Made by a program: the position numbers and the translations under genes | Source: an uncultured Alphaproteobacteria bacterium | GTDB lineage: Bacteria > Pseudomonadota > Alphaproteobacteria > HIMB59 > GCA-002718135 | Length of the DNA: 64,000 nucleotides | Reading direction: 5' to 3' | Assembly: GCA_902597795.1 (NCBI GenBank) | Contig: CACJZA010000007.1 | Coordinates: 4,733 to 68,732 of the forward strand | Shown here: piece after piece, positions 1 to 10,037 of the stretch | Position numbering within the stretch: the first letter of the stretch is position 1 | How the letters are laid out: the number at the start of each line of letters is the position of its first letter | The notes under the pieces: model-generated | The model's input: only the letters and a program-made list of their open reading frames with translations | Databases searched by the model: none | What the model was told of the DNA's origin: nothing

Positions 1-74
1 TTCTTAATCAGTATAGAATTTTGGTTTATTATTTTTTCACCATCAAAAATTTTGGCGTTTTGTAAGAGAATCAT
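1..74 (-). CDS. Partial CDS (N-terminus only), possibly a metal-dependent amidohydrolase
   Basis: Minus-strand ATG at 74..72, 2 nt after the TGA of the upstream gene (76..78). It runs off the window edge. The translation MILLQNAKIFDGEKIINQNSILIK resembles amidohydrolase N-termini but is too short to be sure. Not in the ORF track because no stop lies in the window. Confidence 0.4.
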   Translation of the reverse strand, partial: MILLQNAKIFDGEKIINQNSILIK

Positions 75-75
75 A

Positions 76-1275
76 TCACTGAGTTGCAATTGAAATTGCT
101 AATTCACATGAATCTTCATACTCTTTGATATCTAGATATTCATCTAAACTGTGAGGATTGTAATGACCATTTCCAAAAGTTATAGTTGGAATACCATTTC
201 TGATCAGCCAATTTGCATCAAGACCACCGTTTACAGCTACAGTTTTAGAATTTATACCGATTTTATTTGCTGATTCTTTTGCGATTTTAATAACTTCTAA
301 ATTATCATCCAGTTTAAAAGGAAAGTAATCTAAGCTTTTTTTAAATCTAATTTGAGCTTTTTCATTTTTAGAGTTTTTGACCATTTCAGAAGCAGCAATA
401 AAATTCTTTTCATATTGATTTGTAATTTCACTAATAAAATCTTGATCCATGCTTCTAGACTCACCGTTAATCTTCACATAATCAGTAACTTGATTAGTTG
501 AAGAACCAGCGCAATTTCCATCTTGATCACCATAATAACCAATATTAGAAGTCCCTTTTAATCCATTTTTTTCTACTAATCCAAACCATCCATCTTCATA
601 CGTTTTACTAAGAGCAATAGAAGCAACTATTGAAGATGAAATACCTTTATTAGGTGCGACACCTGCATGTGATCCTTTCCCCATAATTTCTACTGACCAT
701 CTTTCAGCTCCAACTGCAGATGTGATAATTTCATATGGCGATGATCCATCAGTATTGAAGCCAATTTCAGGTGATCCAAGATCTTTTTTATCGACATTTC
801 TAGCACCCCAAAGTCCGCTTTCTTCTCTAACAGTAAATAAGCATGTTAAGGGTGTATACTCTACATTATTCTGAAACAAAAATTTTAAAAGATTAACTAA
901 ACAAGAAACACCACCTCTATTATCAGCTCCTAAAGCCGTATCATTTTTTGCAATAATTTTTCCATTATTAATTATTGGTTCAGCTCCCTTACATAGAGAT
1001 ACTGTATCAAGATGTGTTGAAAAAAGTTTCCTCTTACCTGGCTTAGTGCCGGGAAGTTTAACTATTAAATTTCCTGTCTCAGTAAATAAAGGAATTTTTT
1101 TATTAGCCTCATCAAAAAAAATATATTCTTCAGGTACTCCATATTTAATTAATTTATCTTTCACGCTTAAAGCAATATTTTTTTCATATCCAGTAACACC
1201 TTCAATAGATAGAAATTCTATAACGTTTTTTATGTTTTCGCTTAGATTATTGGTCATAAATAAAAAATACCACAA
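76..1275 (-). CDS. M20-family metallopeptidase (PepT/tripeptidase-like)
   Basis: 399-aa ORF with M20-type metal-ligand motifs: STHLDTV, GADNRGG, VREESGLWGA. Confidence 0.8.
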   Translation of the reverse strand: MWYFLFMTNNLSENIKNVIEFLSIEGVTGYEKNIALSVKDKLIKYGVPEEYIFFDEANKKIPLFTETGNLIVKLPGTKPGKRKLFSTHLDTVSLCKGAEPIINNGKIIAKNDTALGADNRGGVSCLVNLLKFLFQNNVEYTPLTCLFTVREESGLWGARNVDKKDLGSPEIGFNTDGSSPYEIITSAVGAERWSVEIMGKGSHAGVAPNKGISSSIVASIALSKTYEDGWFGLVEKNGLKGTSNIGYYGDQDGNCAGSSTNQVTDYVKINGESRSMDQDFISEITNQYEKNFIAASEMVKNSKNEKAQIRFKKSLDYFPFKLDDNLEVIKIAKESANKIGINSKTVAVNGGLDANWLIRNGIPTITFGNGHYNPHSLDEYLDIKEYEDSCELAISIATQ

Positions 1276-1280
1276 TTATA

Positions 1281-1886
1281 CTAATTATCGAATAAAATAT
1301 AAATTGCAGTTAATACTAGCAATATTGCCAATGATATTTCAATTATTTTTTTTAAATTTTCATTTTTTAAGTAGTTTCTAATAATACTGCCACCGATAGC
1401 CCAAATACTAATTGATGGTAGATTTATAATTGTTGACATAAAAACCATAAATAAAGTTCCAACTAAAATATTTTCTTGTTCAGGATAGAAGGATGAAACA
1501 GCTGTTGTACAAATAACCCATGCTTTAGGATTAACAAATTGAAAAATAATTGCCTCAAAATACGTAAGTGGTTTAGCTGAGTCAGTCGAGTTTTTTATAT
1601 TTAGCGATCCAAACATTTTATAAGATAAATACAGTATATACGCTGCACCAACATATCTTAATACATCTAATATTATTGGAAACTTTACAAACAAAGTACC
1701 CAAACCTAGACACACAAGACATAATTGCAAACCATGGCCGGAAGGAATGCCAAACAAGTTAGGTATTGTTTTAAAAAAACCAAACTTTATTCCTGAAGTG
1801 GTTAAAATTGTATTGTTAGGGCCGGGTGTAACATACATTACAAAATTATATACGCTTACAGCTAAAATTAATTCCAAAGTTATCAC
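1281..1886 (-). CDS. LysE/RhtB-family amino-acid exporter
   Basis: 201-aa polytopic membrane protein with the N-terminal TPGPNN motif typical of the LysE/RhtB family. Confidence 0.85.
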   Translation of the reverse strand: MITLELILAVSVYNFVMYVTPGPNNTILTTSGIKFGFFKTIPNLFGIPSGHGLQLCLVCLGLGTLFVKFPIILDVLRYVGAAYILYLSYKMFGSLNIKNSTDSAKPLTYFEAIIFQFVNPKAWVICTTAVSSFYPEQENILVGTLFMVFMSTIINLPSISIWAIGGSIIRNYLKNENLKKIIEISLAILLVLTAIYILFDN

Positions 1887-1891
1887 AATTT

Positions 1892-2377
1892 TTAATCTCT
1901 AAAATTAATAAATTGTATAGGTATTCCAATATTTGAACTTTCAATTAATTGCATAACTGATTGTAAGTCATCTTTTTTCTTTCCGTCAACACGTAGCTCA
2001 TTACCATTAATTTTGACCTGAACTTTGATCTTTGAGCTTTTCACATCAGCTATTAGTTTCTTGCATATGGATTGATCAATACCTTCAATTAAATCATAAA
2101 TTTGCTTTATTTTATTTCCACCAGCTTTTTCTAATTCCTTTTTCTTTAAGCAAAGAGGATCAACTTTTCTTCTAACAAAATGCGTAACTAGCATATCATT
2201 AACCTGGCCTGCCTTCATTTCATCATCTGTTAATACTACAATTGAATTCTCTTTTTTTTCTATAGATGTATTGGATCCTTTAAAATCATATCGTGTAGTT
2301 ATTTCTCTTGTAGCGTTACCTATCGCATTATCAATCTCTTGATGATCTAATCTACTTACAACATCAAAACTAGGCAT
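1892..2377 (-). CDS. yajQ: YajQ-family nucleotide-binding protein (UPF0234)
   Basis: 161 aa. Starts MPSFDVVS and ends QFINFRD, and is collinear with E. coli YajQ as I recall it (MPSFDIVS...FKNFRD). Confidence 0.9.
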   Translation of the reverse strand: MPSFDVVSRLDHQEIDNAIGNATREITTRYDFKGSNTSIEKKENSIVVLTDDEMKAGQVNDMLVTHFVRRKVDPLCLKKKELEKAGGNKIKQIYDLIEGIDQSICKKLIADVKSSKIKVQVKINGNELRVDGKKKDDLQSVMQLIESSNIGIPIQFINFRD

Positions 2378-2383
2378 AGTAAT

Positions 2384-3346
2384 TTATCCTATGACATCGT
2401 CATCAGAGTCTGGCAACTGTTTTTTGGTACTTAATCTTCCAAGCTTTTTCATTTTTTCAACTTTTTTAGTCAAACTGCCTGATCCTTCTTGTAATCTTTG
2501 TCGCGCTTCATCCATTTTTGTTTTAGCTAAATCTAAAGACTGATTTGCTTTAATGAATGATTCATAAACACTTACAGTTTTGTCATAAATATCAGAGGCT
2601 GCCGACGCAATATCCTTTATTGTTTTAGACTGCTTATCAACTCTCCACATATTTTCTACAGCCTTCAAGAGAAATGGAAGTGTTGATGGACCAACTATAA
2701 TAATTTTTTTATTCCAAGATTCTTCAATTAATTTATTTGCTTCATTATAAAGTGTTAACAAAGCTGGTTCGATAGGTATAAACATTAGCACATTATCAAT
2801 AGTATTTATTCCATATACTTTAGAGTAGTTATCTTGACTTAAATTACGAATAGAAGATTTTGTTGAATCAAGAAATTTTTTTAAAAAAATTTTTTTTCTC
2901 TCTTCATCATTAGTATTAGAATAATCGTGCCAAGATTCTAAAGAAACCTTTGAGTCGATAATGATATGACGATTACCAGGCATATGCACCACAACATCTG
3001 GTTTTTGTAAATTACCATCTTCATTTCTAAAAGTTTTTTGCATTGAATATTCTTCACCTTCTCTCAAACCAACACTATCCAAAATATTTTTTAATACAAA
3101 TTCACCCCAAGGCCCTTGTTGAAGTGCCCCACCTCTTATTAATGTATTTTCAATTCTATCTTGAGCAAGATTAAAATTTTGAAGAGACTGTTGAATAGAT
3201 TGCATATGATTTTTTAAGGAAATGAGATCTGTATTTTCCTTAATGTCAGTTTTGTCTTTACGTAAAAAAATTATTAAAGATAAAAAACCTATACCAACAA
3301 AGAAACCAATTATAAAAATAAAGTAAAAATTCTCAAACATAATCAA
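2384..3346 (-). CDS. rmuC: DNA recombination protein RmuC
   Basis: 320 aa with an N-terminal TM helix, a coiled segment and an RmuC nuclease-like core (HMPGNRHIIIDSKVSL, LMFIPIEPA). Confidence 0.8.
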   Translation of the reverse strand: MIMFENFYFIFIIGFFVGIGFLSLIIFLRKDKTDIKENTDLISLKNHMQSIQQSLQNFNLAQDRIENTLIRGGALQQGPWGEFVLKNILDSVGLREGEEYSMQKTFRNEDGNLQKPDVVVHMPGNRHIIIDSKVSLESWHDYSNTNDEERKKIFLKKFLDSTKSSIRNLSQDNYSKVYGINTIDNVLMFIPIEPALLTLYNEANKLIEESWNKKIIIVGPSTLPFLLKAVENMWRVDKQSKTIKDIASAASDIYDKTVSVYESFIKANQSLDLAKTKMDEARQRLQEGSGSLTKKVEKMKKLGRLSTKKQLPDSDDDVIG

Positions 3347-3765
3347 TAAATTAGAAAATAAATATATATAAATAAGTACCTAGCAACTTTCCCAATAGAT
3401 ACAAATATTAAAAAAAATAAAACGTTGTATCTAAAAGTACCTGCAGCAAATGCTATAGGATCACCAATAAATGGAACCCAAGATAATAATAATGACCATT
3501 TTCCATATTTTTTAAAAATACTAGTAGCTTTTTGAAGTAAATATTTATTAACTGGAAACCAGGATTTATTCATAAAATAATTTATAAAGTAACCAAATAT
3601 CCAACTAATTAAAGATCCTAAAATATTACCTAATGAAGCAAAGATTAATAATACAAAATTATTATATTTTTCAGATAAAAATAATGTTGATAAATATGTT
3701 TCTGAAGCAAATGGAAAAAAAGTACCTAAACTAAGACAAAAAATAAATAACGACAGGTATATCAA
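3343..3765 (-). CDS. YqaA/DedA-related small membrane protein
   Basis: 140-aa hydrophobic ORF. Its stop overlaps the rmuC start by 4 nt. The family call rests only on size, topology and the PFIGDP-like motif. Confidence 0.55.
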   Translation of the reverse strand: MIYLSLFIFCLSLGTFFPFASETYLSTLFLSEKYNNFVLLIFASLGNILGSLISWIFGYFINYFMNKSWFPVNKYLLQKATSIFKKYGKWSLLLSWVPFIGDPIAFAAGTFRYNVLFFLIFVSIGKVARYLFIYIYFLIY

Positions 3766-3814
3766 AGTAATTATTAATTCTTATTAATGTTAATATTATG
3801 ATATCTATCAGTTT

Positions 3815-4966
3815 ATGATGAGTTTTCCAAAAGAAGAATATCTCAAGAGATTAGATAATATTCATGAAAAATTAGAAAATGAAAATATAGATGTAATTGT
3901 TATTACTTCTCCTGCAAATTTTAGATACTTTTCCGGATTAGATAGTAACTTTTGGGAAAGCCCTACAAGGCCTTGGTTTTTAATAATTTCAAAAAATGGG
4001 AAAATCAAAGCCTTAGTCCCATCTATAGGTTTATCGGCAATTGAAAGTACGTTTATTAATGATATAGAAGTATGGCAATCGCCTAATCCAAAAGATGAAG
4101 GTACGTCATTATTAAAGAAAATCATTAAAACATTTCCAAAAAATTCAAATATTGGTTTTGAATTAGGTATGGAAACATACTTAAGAATGAGTATTAAAGA
4201 ATTTTTAGAAATTAAAAAAGATTTACAAGAATATAATTTTATTGATTCTACTAATATTGTTTGGAGTCTTAGAAAAATTAAATCTGATCTCGAAATCAAA
4301 AATATTGAAAAAGTTTGTTCTATTACAAGTAAAGTTTTCAATAATTTAATTAACAAAATAAGTTTAGGTATGAGTGAAAGAGAAATTGCAACAATATTTA
4401 AAAAAGATCTTATTAATAATGGGGTTGATTACATAATGTATCTTTCATGTGCATCAGGAATAAATGGTTATAATCAAATAATTTGTAATCCAAGTGAAAA
4501 AAAAATAGGTGACGGTGATATTCTAATTATTGATACTGGTTCTACCTTAAATGGATATTACTGTGATTTTGATAGAAATTTTGGATTTGGAAATATCAAT
4601 CAAAAATCTTTAGATGCCTATAACAAATTATGGAATGCTACAGAAAAAACTTTAGAAATAATTAAGCCAGGTATCAGCTGTAAAGAAGTTTATGAATCAA
4701 TAAGTAAAAATTTGTTTTCAAGTAATGTTAAAAGTAGTGTTGGAAGAATGGGGCATGGTTTTGGTCTTCAACTGACAGAACCGCCAAGTATTATGATTGA
4801 TGATAATACAATTTTAGAAAAAAATATGATCTTAGCCTTAGAACCTTCAATCGAAATTGAAAATGATTTGATGTTGGTTCATGAAGAAAATATTTTAATT
4901 ACTCAAAATGGTAATAGATTATTGACCTCAAGAACTCCTAAAGAATTGCCTGTAATTAATGTTTAA
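3815..4966 (+). CDS. M24-family Xaa-Pro peptidase/creatinase-like hydrolase
   Basis: 383 aa with pita-bread fold metal motifs: DTGSTLNGYYCDFDRN, GHGFGLQLTEPP, ALEPS. Confidence 0.85.
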   Translation: MMSFPKEEYLKRLDNIHEKLENENIDVIVITSPANFRYFSGLDSNFWESPTRPWFLIISKNGKIKALVPSIGLSAIESTFINDIEVWQSPNPKDEGTSLLKKIIKTFPKNSNIGFELGMETYLRMSIKEFLEIKKDLQEYNFIDSTNIVWSLRKIKSDLEIKNIEKVCSITSKVFNNLINKISLGMSEREIATIFKKDLINNGVDYIMYLSCASGINGYNQIICNPSEKKIGDGDILIIDTGSTLNGYYCDFDRNFGFGNINQKSLDAYNKLWNATEKTLEIIKPGISCKEVYESISKNLFSSNVKSSVGRMGHGFGLQLTEPPSIMIDDNTILEKNMILALEPSIEIENDLMLVHEENILITQNGNRLLTSRTPKELPVINV

Positions 4967-4989
4967 TTATTATTTTAACTTAAAAGATA

Positions 4990-6345
4990 TTAATATTTGG
5001 AAAAGTTTTCCATTATTGCAGCAGCATATTTTATACCTTTTATATAGTTTTCAACTTTTATATTTTCGTCTGGCGCATGAAGATTTGCACCAGAATTAGC
5101 AAAACCAGTTAATACACATGGCATCCAAACATGTTTCAATATAGTTCCTTCTGCTGAAACACCATTTACAACAGGTTTTTCACCAAATACTTCCTCTGCA
5201 GCTTTAATGATAGCTTGAGATATATCCTCTTTAACAGAAATTTTGTAAGGAGGCTCTGCTGCATCGAAAGCTTTTACCTCAAGATGACCAAACCCATGTT
5301 CAATCAAATGATTTTTTAGTTTTTTTATACATTTTTGTGGATTCATATTTGGAAGTAAACGAAAATCTATTCGAACTTTCGCTTCGCTTGGTACGATTGT
5401 TTTGTGTCCAGGACCTGTGTATCCTGAAATCATTCCTTGAATATTTGCAGTTGGCTCATATGTTCTAGCTTTAATAGCCTCAACTCCATCTCTATTTAAA
5501 ACAAAATTCTCAATACCAAATTCTGATTTTAATGCTGATAAATCTACCCTTTCATTTTTTTCATTTAGTAAATTTATTTCTTCCTCTCCTAATTCGTATA
5601 ATCCTTCGTACCAATCCTTAATTAATATTTTTCTATCTCTTGTCATAATAGTTGATAAGGCATGAACCAATTCCCATGGAGGGCTAGGTACAAGTGGAAA
5701 ATTAAGAGAGTGAATATCTTTTTTTCCTCCTCTTGCGATTAATTCCACAAATAAAACTGATTTTAAACCAAGCTCTACCTCCGGCACTTTAGCAAATTCA
5801 TCAACTGTTCCATCTAGGCAGTGCATTCCATCAGCCTCTAACAGTTTTTTATTTTTTTCAACCCACGGACCAAGATGAACGGAACCTATCTCTTCTTCAC
5901 CTTCATAGAAAAATTTTAAATTTAAAGGAACTTCACCTCTTACTTTTAAAAATGCTTTTGCTGCTTTATTAAAAGCTAATAAACCACCTTTGTTATCTGT
6001 AGCACCTCTTCCATAAATTACATTATCAACTAAAGCGCCAGACCATGGACCTCCGTGTGACCACGCTTCAATAGGTTCTGGTGGCTGAACATCATAATGA
6101 GAATAACAAAACATTGTTTTTTTTGAATTTGAAGATTTTAAATGTCCAAAGACTAAAGGAGGGCCATCTGGTATCTCATGTAATTCAGCGGGTAAGCCAT
6201 CCTTGTGCATTTTCTCAACAACATAATTTGCACATTCTTCTAAACCTAATTTTTGAGCAGATACTGAAGGCTTTCTTATAAATTCTTGCAAATCTTTTAT
6301 ATATTCGTCAACATTATCATCTATATATTTATATATATCTTTCAT
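4990..6345 (-). CDS. M20-family dipeptidase (ArgE/DapE/CPG2-like)
   Basis: 451 aa with motifs SHYDVQP, GRGATDNKGG and EGEEEIGS. Shares an ATGA overlap with the upstream SDR gene. Confidence 0.85.
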   Translation of the reverse strand: MKDIYKYIDDNVDEYIKDLQEFIRKPSVSAQKLGLEECANYVVEKMHKDGLPAELHEIPDGPPLVFGHLKSSNSKKTMFCYSHYDVQPPEPIEAWSHGGPWSGALVDNVIYGRGATDNKGGLLAFNKAAKAFLKVRGEVPLNLKFFYEGEEEIGSVHLGPWVEKNKKLLEADGMHCLDGTVDEFAKVPEVELGLKSVLFVELIARGGKKDIHSLNFPLVPSPPWELVHALSTIMTRDRKILIKDWYEGLYELGEEEINLLNEKNERVDLSALKSEFGIENFVLNRDGVEAIKARTYEPTANIQGMISGYTGPGHKTIVPSEAKVRIDFRLLPNMNPQKCIKKLKNHLIEHGFGHLEVKAFDAAEPPYKISVKEDISQAIIKAAEEVFGEKPVVNGVSAEGTILKHVWMPCVLTGFANSGANLHAPDENIKVENYIKGIKYAAAIMENFSKY

Positions 6346-7052
6346 TTTTTATCCTCATTAGATAGATCCCATGCATTTACATGCTTTCCTATAAGATGTT
6401 TATATTTTCCTGAAGCTAATTTCAAAAAAGCTGGAGTCAATTCAATTGGATCTACCCATTTCTTTTTATATTCATCAGTATAGTTTTGTTCTGACATGGG
6501 GGTATTCATAAACATTCCAGGAGTAATAGTAAATACTTGAATGCCAATACTAGAGCCTTCAATAGATAAACTTTTCATTAAACCTTCTAAACCATGTTTT
6601 GCTGCACAATAGGCACTTTCATTATCAAAACCTTCTACACCAGCACGTGATGATACAAAAATTATTATGCCTCTTCCATTTTTTTTCATATTATTCCAGA
6701 CAAATTTAGATAAATGAAATCCACTATTTAAGGAAATATTAAGTACATCATTCCAATATTTATTGTCAGTATTTTCAAATGATTTTGGGATAAGAATTGC
6801 AGCATTATGTATTAAAATATCAATTGATTTTTGTTCTTTAGATAAATTAAGAAATAATTTTTCTAAATTATCTATTTTGCTTAAATCGCACTCAATATTT
6901 TTTGCATTAGGAATATTATTTTTTATAAGTTTTTTATGATCAATATCTAATAAAAATAAATTAGCTTTTTTTTCTGAAAAAGCTTTTGAGACTGCGAAAC
7001 CTAAACCATCTGCTGCTCCAGTAATAAGGATATTTCTGTTTGAAAAATCCAT
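6342..7052 (-). CDS. Short-chain dehydrogenase/reductase (SDR)
   Basis: 236 aa with TGAADGLG cofactor motif and YCAAKHG catalytic Y-x3-K. Paralogue of 31987..32733, sharing the C-terminal motif ITPG...W.DP....PAFL..). Confidence 0.85.
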   Translation of the reverse strand: MDFSNRNILITGAADGLGFAVSKAFSEKKANLFLLDIDHKKLIKNNIPNAKNIECDLSKIDNLEKLFLNLSKEQKSIDILIHNAAILIPKSFENTDNKYWNDVLNISLNSGFHLSKFVWNNMKKNGRGIIIFVSSRAGVEGFDNESAYCAAKHGLEGLMKSLSIEGSSIGIQVFTITPGMFMNTPMSEQNYTDEYKKKWVDPIELTPAFLKLASGKYKHLIGKHVNAWDLSNEDKK

Positions 7053-7054
7053 TT

Positions 7055-8122
7055 TTATAAATCAATCCATTTTCTTTCTTTTGTAGATTGGAAAACTGCA
7101 TCAACAACAAGTTGATTTTTTAATCCATCTTCAAATGTTGAACCTTCGTTCAAAGATCGGTTTTCCTTAATAGCTGAAGTTAATTCTTCTAACAAACTAA
7201 CTACTGAAACATTCCAAATACCTTTATTAACACCGTCAAGTGATGTGTTAGGATCTTCAAAAGATAATTTTTTAAAATCTTCTCCTTTTTTTGCAAATAA
7301 AATTTCTTCTGTCTTGTCTTCTAGAATAATGGTACCTTCTGATCCAAAAATTTGAGTTTTATTGCCTAAAGAATGACTAACAACACCGCTCATAAAAACA
7401 TTAGCGAGACCACCATTTAACAACTCTAAAGAAAAGTAAGATAAATCATCGGCAGTAGCTTGCCATTTTTCTTTACTATTCTTATCTATTCTATCTTTTA
7501 CTATTGTTAAAGCTTGTCCAAATACTGATTTTATTTCACCACACCACCATCTTATCAGGTCTACTTGATGTGATCCATTTGCTCCCATTCTTCCCCCACC
7601 TCTGCTGCTTAGACTCCACCAATCATCTTTTGGTCTTGATGATGGATCCAACCAACTATTAGATACATTTAAAATATTTATGTGTTGAATTTTGCCAATT
7701 TCTCCACTTGAAATCCATTCTCTAATTTTTTTTCTATTTGGATTAAATCTTAATTCATGATCAATCATATGAATTTTATTATACTTTTTTGCAGTTTCTA
7801 ACATTTGGGTTGCCTCTTGAGCATTCATAGCAGTAGGCTTTTCACATAAAACATGAGCTCCTTTTTGAAGAGATTTTAAAGTAATTGGTGCATGCAAATC
7901 CGTAGGAGTAGCTATACAAACTAAATCAAGCTCATTTTCTTCAATCATTTTTTCCCAATTATCGTAAAAATTTTTTATATTAAATTTTTCAGCACAGGAT
8001 TTAGCGCTTTCTAATCTATTTGAAGATAGACATGTTACTTCAACTCCTTCTATGTGATTTAAAGCAGGTAAATATGCAGCTTTTGCAAAACTTGCTCCTA
8101 CTATTCCAATTTTAAGCGTCAT
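7055..8122 (-). CDS. Gfo/Idh/MocA-family NAD(P)-dependent oxidoreductase
   Basis: The track ORF extends to 8236, but that extension overlaps the permease gene. An internal ATG at 8122 (MTLKIGIVGASFAKA, Rossmann start) forms a TAATG junction with the permease stop. EKP motif present (CEKPTAMN). Confidence 0.85.
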   Translation of the reverse strand: MTLKIGIVGASFAKAAYLPALNHIEGVEVTCLSSNRLESAKSCAEKFNIKNFYDNWEKMIEENELDLVCIATPTDLHAPITLKSLQKGAHVLCEKPTAMNAQEATQMLETAKKYNKIHMIDHELRFNPNRKKIREWISSGEIGKIQHINILNVSNSWLDPSSRPKDDWWSLSSRGGGRMGANGSHQVDLIRWWCGEIKSVFGQALTIVKDRIDKNSKEKWQATADDLSYFSLELLNGGLANVFMSGVVSHSLGNKTQIFGSEGTIILEDKTEEILFAKKGEDFKKLSFEDPNTSLDGVNKGIWNVSVVSLLEELTSAIKENRSLNEGSTFEDGLKNQLVVDAVFQSTKERKWIDL

Positions 8123-9012
8123 TATTCTACCTCCTTTAGTCTTGGATCTAAGTAATCTCTTAACCAATCTCCAACAATGTTGAATGCTAAAACAGTTAGT
8201 AAAATTGCCATTCCTGGAAAGAAAGGCATCCACCATCTTTTAGCAAATATATGATCTCTACTCTCTGCCAACATAGCTCCCCATGTTGGAATTTGAGGTG
8301 GAACCCCGAGACCTAAAAAGGAAAGAGCTGCTTCTGCTAAAATAACACTTGCTACATTAAATGAAGCAATAACAATTAAAGGAGCAAAAATATTAGGAAG
8401 TATTGAACCAAACATGATACTAAAATTATTTACTCCTAATGCTTTTGCAGCTTCTACATACTCTTTTTCCTTTTGAGAAATTGTCTGAGCTCTTGCAATT
8501 CTAGCATATGTAACCCATTGACCTATACCCAGAACTATAATTAAATTTATTAACCCTTCACCTAAAACAACAAGAAATAAAATAGCTAAAAGTATAAATG
8601 GAAAGGCAAGTTGTATATCAGCTAGACGCATTATAATATCATCTATCCATTTTCCATAATATCCTGCATAAACACCTAAAGCTGTGCCTAAAATTCCACC
8701 AACAAGTACGGCTGAAAAACCAACAATTAAAGATACTTGAGCTCCAAAAATGAGTCTTGAAAATGAATCTCTTCCTAAAGCATCAGATCCAATTAAGTAT
8801 TTCATGTTTCCTTGTTTGTCTAGGGTTAGTGGAGGGGCTACCCTTTCCATAATATTATTTTTATTTGGATCAAAAGGTGCAAGTTGTGATGCAAATATTG
8901 CAATTGCTATAATTATAAATAACCAAATTATAGATGTTAAAGCCCACTTATTTTTTATAAGTGCAAATAAAAAATCTTTTATATTTTGATTATTTGTTTT
9001 TTTACTGTTCAT
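8122..9012 (-). CDS. Dpp/Opp-type ABC transporter permease (DppC-like)
   Basis: 296 aa, polytopic, with an EAA-loop region (EYVEAAKALGV). Confidence 0.9.
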   Translation of the reverse strand: MNSKKTNNQNIKDFLFALIKNKWALTSIIWLFIIIAIAIFASQLAPFDPNKNNIMERVAPPLTLDKQGNMKYLIGSDALGRDSFSRLIFGAQVSLIVGFSAVLVGGILGTALGVYAGYYGKWIDDIIMRLADIQLAFPFILLAILFLVVLGEGLINLIIVLGIGQWVTYARIARAQTISQKEKEYVEAAKALGVNNFSIMFGSILPNIFAPLIVIASFNVASVILAEAALSFLGLGVPPQIPTWGAMLAESRDHIFAKRWWMPFFPGMAILLTVLAFNIVGDWLRDYLDPRLKEVE

Positions 9013-9983
9013 AATTTTATTCTTGGATCTAATTTTGCATAAACTAAATCTGTGATTAAATTTATTACTATTACGAATAGGGATATTACTACCACAGCTG
9101 CCTGCACAAGTGGAATATCTCTATTTGAAATTGCATCAAAAACTGTTCTACCTAATCCAGGCCATGCAAAAATTACTTCTACAACTACTACCCCACTTAT
9201 TACAAAGCCAAATTCTAAACCAATAATTGTTACAACTGGTAGCCAGGCATTTCTCATAGCATGTTTCATAATGACTATGTATTCTGATAATCCTTTTGAT
9301 CTTGCAGTCCTAACATAATCTTGAGATAAAACTTCTAACATTGAAGACCGAATTAATCTTGCATTTCTAGAAACTGAGTAGAAAGCAACAGCAAAGCTTG
9401 GAAGAATTAAATATGTTATTGTAGTAGGTAGATTTTTAAATGCTTGAATAAATTCACCTTGAAAAATTAACATTAAAAAAGGAACATGTCCCGATATAGG
9501 GAGCCAACTAACATTTAATGAAATATAAAGAATACACATTATACCCAGCCAAAAACTAGGTATTGATTGTCCAAGCATAGCAATAGCCATTAATGATCCA
9601 TCAATCCATTTTCCTCGATAAATTGCTGCTAAAATTCCAAATGGAATTGATCCAAAAATTGCAATCAACATTGAAAAAATTGTTAGCTCAATTGTTGCTG
9701 GTAATGTTTCAAGAATGACTGTTAATGCAGGCTGTCTATAATAAAGTGAATCACCAAAATCTAATTGAACTAAATTTGATAAATAAATTAAATATTGAAT
9801 ATGAAGAGGTTTATCAAATCCAAGCATTTTTCTGGTCTCTTCTATTTCTTCAGGTGATGCTCTTTCGCTTACAAATAAATATGTAGGGTCACCTCCTATT
9901 TGGAGTGCAATAAATGTAACTAGAGTTACACCAAAAATAACTAATACTGTTTGAGGAATTCTTCTTAAGATATAAAAAAACAT
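9009..9983 (-). CDS. Dpp/Opp-type ABC transporter permease (DppB-like)
   Basis: 324 aa with the typical DppB N-terminus (ILRRIPQTVLVIFGVTLVTF) and EAA loop (DYVRTARSKGL). Confidence 0.9.
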   Translation of the reverse strand: MFFYILRRIPQTVLVIFGVTLVTFIALQIGGDPTYLFVSERASPEEIEETRKMLGFDKPLHIQYLIYLSNLVQLDFGDSLYYRQPALTVILETLPATIELTIFSMLIAIFGSIPFGILAAIYRGKWIDGSLMAIAMLGQSIPSFWLGIMCILYISLNVSWLPISGHVPFLMLIFQGEFIQAFKNLPTTITYLILPSFAVAFYSVSRNARLIRSSMLEVLSQDYVRTARSKGLSEYIVIMKHAMRNAWLPVVTIIGLEFGFVISGVVVVEVIFAWPGLGRTVFDAISNRDIPLVQAAVVVISLFVIVINLITDLVYAKLDPRIKL

Positions 9984-10001
9984 TTTTTAATTTAAAAAAT
10001 G

Positions 10002-10027
10002 ATGTTGGCTCCAAATGGAGCCAACAT
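10002..10027 (-). terminator. Intercistronic GC-rich hairpin after the SBP gene (attenuator or mRNA stabiliser)
   Basis: Perfect 11-bp stem ATGTTGGCTCC/GGAGCCAACAT with a 4-nt loop. It sits 10 nt after the SBP stop and is followed on the minus strand by a T-run (CATTTTTT). Confidence 0.6.
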
Positions 10028-10037
10028 TAATTATAAA

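Noticed and set aside
8123-8236. N-terminal extension of the Gfo/Idh/MocA ORF (track start 8236).
   Set aside because: The extension overlaps the permease gene by 115 nt and has no Rossmann features. The internal ATG at 8122 starts directly at the Rossmann motif and forms a TAATG junction.
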